A stretch of 64,000 nucleotides of DNA from Amoebidium appalachense (lineage: Eukaryota > Protista > Ichthyosporea): contig CAVNZM010000002.1 of the NCBI GenBank assembly GCA_963693365.1, positions 13,177,615-13,241,614 on the forward strand, in the 5' to 3' direction. Shown here piece by piece: positions 60,941 to 64,000 of this stretch (positions within the stretch are counted from its first letter, which is position 1; every line of letters begins with the position of its first letter). The notes under the pieces were generated by a model. That model searched no databases. It had not been told where the DNA came from and worked only from the letters and a program-made list of their open reading frames with translations. Position numbers and translations under genes: made by a program.

Positions 60941-62449
60941 TTTGGCGGCGGCGGCGGCGGCGGCGGTGGTGGTGGTGGGGGGGGGGGGGGGAGAAGGGGG
61001 GGGGAGGGGGGTGACGGGCCCGGAGGAGGGGAAAGAGATAGACACACTGAGAAAGGGAAAAGGGACAAAGGGAAAAGGGACAGGGGAGGTATTGGGAATT
61101 TTGGGGAACATGGAAGGTTAAGGTGAAAAAGAGGGGGGAGGTGGGGAAGGATAAGGGGAGGGTAAGGGAGGGAGAAGGGGAAGGGAGAAGCAATCAAGGG
61201 GTTGGGTAGAAAAAAATGGAGGGGTGATAAGAGTCAAAATTAGTCCGAGCCTTAGATGTATAGGCTATATGAATTGGCCACATAATTATCCACCAAGGGC
61301 AATCAACATTCCGCGGCGCACTGCTTCCATTATTCCTTCACTTCACTGAGAATTTTCTCGCTACAAACACTCGGCCACCTTTCAAATACTTGGGAGCCGA
61401 AATACAGATGTGCCTGTACAAGCCCAAAAATGATAACACTTTTTTCATTCATAGACATTGGTTCCAATACCCGGTGGTGTGTGGCTGTATGTATTTGTGT
61501 GTGTGTTTTCGCAAGTTAGGACAGGAGGGGGGGGGGGGGGGGGGAGGGAGAGAGAGGGGGGGGGGGGGGGGGGAGGGGGGGGGGGAGTCGGTACCCGAAG
61601 GTTCCTGTGGCTGCAAGAAATGGTGGCTTGCTGAGGACATGGGCTCTCGGAGAGATTCGAGGCTGACCCCGCTGTCGCGTCTCTCCTCCAATCCGGAGAA
61701 GGATTTATCGCCATTGCCAAATGGCAGCTCGTCGTTAAATTCTAATCCAGCCAGACCATAGGGTGTTGCATCCCATTCCCCTTCCAGCGACATTCCCCAA
61801 TCGGTCGAAGAACAAAGAGGAGAAAGCGGGGAGCCAGAAACGGCCGCAGGGCTGGAGAGGGGGCTCTGGTTCATTTGATGGTAGAGATTTGCTGCCCAAC
61901 TTTCCGTTGCGCGCTGATTCATCAGCGCATTTTGATTGGCCAGGTTTAAATTTAGAAGCAGTTGTTGATTGGCCGAGAAAAGCGACGGAAAGAAAATGTT
62001 GTCCATTTCGTTGAGAAGGGAGCTGGCCGGCACGGTTGACAGCGAACTCCGACGGCTGTATGGGTGGGTCAGTAAATGTACTCTTCTGGTAACCTAACCA
62101 GGCATGCACAGTGATTATGAAACTTTGCAAGAGCTCACCGGGCTAGAATTTAACGACAAAAAAAATGTCACAACTGCGGTAATAGCGCGTTTCTAAACAA
62201 TTACATATATGCAGGACCCACTGGGAAAAGGAAACAATCGACATGTCTATTCCTTAGTTCAATATTCGGATTTTATCGTATGCAAGTATTATTGTCTCAT
62301 ACTGCAGAGAATATTTACCTGTCTGCCGTGTGTTGCTGTGTGTAGCCACCCAGTCCCCCGTAGGCCATTGATGGGCGCTGGGCACAACTCGTTGGTGGTT
62401 GGTTCAGAATCCGGGCCATAGACTCGCACAGATGGAGTTGGTTGGCCAT
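57888..62449 (-). CDS. Divergent T-box transcription factor (~495 aa; T-domain at the extreme C-terminus)
   Basis: Exons 62449-62319, 62055-61595, 60841-60594, 59904-59698 (LWEDFHRHGNEMIISARGRSMFPVL), 59228-59114 (FKWN...FVHQESP), 58656-58406 (YWMAQPISFDKIKLTNN...FPETCFYAVTQ), 57962-57888 (YRNQEITKLKVQHNPMAHAKIPKF*). Phases 2, 1, 0, 0, 1, 0 join in frame. The T-box exons are certain; the N-terminal exons are inferred from phase compatibility. Confidence 0.88.
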
Positions 62450-64000
62450 GTTGACGGTATGGTGTGCGAACAAGCTGTGTTGGTGGCAAAACGTAGTTAA
62501 TATTTCCGTTTGTGTTGTATCTCCCTACCAATTAGAAACTGCCGGAGACTGCATGTACTGCACCGTGTCTCATAAATACCGTTGGATCTACACACAGGCA
62601 AGGGGCACGTTCTTGGGGCTTCTTTTGTACACAATTGCTCCTAGGCCTCTTGCCCCAGCATCCGGGATACAGTGGGACTTCCGTGCAAGAGGATGCAAGA
62701 GGTACAACTCTGAACAAGAAACATGCTTATGGACAAGCACAGAGACCAACACCTTACCCACCTAACGAACCAGGTGTGAAAAATACTTATTAAACACAAG
62801 AGACTAATTTGAGACATACATATAGGTGTGTTAGTTTAGCTACTAGCATCGTAGCACCTTAGCTAGAGTGCCGTCGGTGCTGGGTGGAAGACGGTAGTTC
62901 CCCCTGAGGGCCCTAGGGATACCTCCGGGAACAAAACGGGATAAAATTACAGGCTACTCCGAAACATCTTATACGTACAACAGTACCACTGATGGGTGTC
63001 GAGATGAACATAGAAGGCTTTGCGATCGACATAGACAGATAACTACTCTGGCTTCGATGGCGAGCAAGCTTGGCGAGCATAGGTCTTACCTTTGATGCGG
63101 CGTGTCCAGATGATGACGGCCGCTTACGTGCGCAGGGAGAGATAAAGGACGACTTTTCATCGAGAGTATATTGAGAGAAGGTCGACATAGGGCGGTGACA
63201 GGTTTGGTTCAAAGAACGTGCGCCATGCCCAGTCGCCATAACAAAGATACTGGAAAACTGACGCGATTCTTGGCCCTTTATGTACCCCTCAATCTGTTGG
63301 GTATGTGAGCCACCGCAATGGTTGGGGATAGATGAGCCAATGGTATTTGAGCATGATTACTATCACCACATTCCTGCAAAGATATCAGCGAGTTCCAATT
63401 GGTTGCATTTTGTAGACCATCTGATTGGATCCCTGGAATTGAAACTAACTCAGAGGTAGCAAGAACTTAGAGGTTCCCTTGATAGTGTCAGTCAAGTGCC
63501 CTAGTATTAAAACGCTTGTGACAACGCTTAGGTAACTGCTGCGGCCATCGACAAAGTTATGGTAAAGTTAGTTATGGAAAAACATATACAGTATAAGTTC
63601 TTTTTCTCTTTCACTCCCTTTTTGTAATTTGTAAATGTTTCTCATTCTAGCTCGTAAGCATAGATGACGTCCGAAGAAGGCCAGGTACTAACACCGATCG
63701 CGACGCGCCTGCCGGTGTTCGGCCTAACAAGGCCTTTAGGCTGCACGTGCACACACGAACACAGAGATTTAGCTGAAAAATTTAAAAATGCACCCCCTGC
63801 ACGTGCTCTCAACATGCACGGGGCAGCCAGAGTCCAGCCTCGGAGATGCCCGGTACCATAGGACCAGATGTTCCGTTTACACGGCAGACAACACACAGCC
63901 CAAGGCAGACCCACGCCGTTTGTCTGGTTGGGTCCGCATTGAACGACTGCATCTGTCATCTGTGCACCAGTACCTGCAGCTGGAAGAGGTGGGCACAAAG

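Noticed and set aside
61731-62157. 14-bp inverted match GTCGTTAAATTCTA / TAGAATTTAACGAC
   Set aside because: Short, about 400 bp apart, with one copy inside coding sequence; no TSD or other support.
62913-63239. 108-aa minus-strand ORF with a strong donor at 63089, as an extra T-box exon
   Set aside because: The phase-0 donor does not match the acceptors I could find in the T-box frame, and there is no recognisable homology; left uncalled.

Overview
Eukaryotic, intron-rich gene-dense window. Most ORF-track entries are artefacts of poly-G/poly-C and (CA)n/(GT)n tracts. Splicing exons by hand gives seven protein-coding genes: the 5' part of COPB2/beta'-COP (-), a GM130/GOLGA2 golgin (+, head-to-head with COPB2), a small RING-H2 + SH2 protein (+), an intronless SERTA/IER-like ORF (-), a CW-less MORC ATPase resembling plant MORCs (+), p47/NSFL1C (+) and a divergent T-box factor (-). 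The combination of T-box, SH2 and GM130 with non-animal T-box intron positions suggests a unicellular holozoan (inference). The strongest unexplained signal is an interspersed non-coding repeat family with 6 clear and about 8 decayed copies in two subfamilies. Its copies share a fixed 3' end (GCATTCA(AAA)) abutting poly-C, are variably 5'-truncated, and have a covarying RNA-structure core, which suggests a poly(C)-targeted non-autonomous retroelement. Also present are a MITE-like insertion, a ~620-bp fold-back, minisatellites and 3' splice sites lacking polypyrimidine tracts. All family assignments come from motif recognition by eye; no searches were run.
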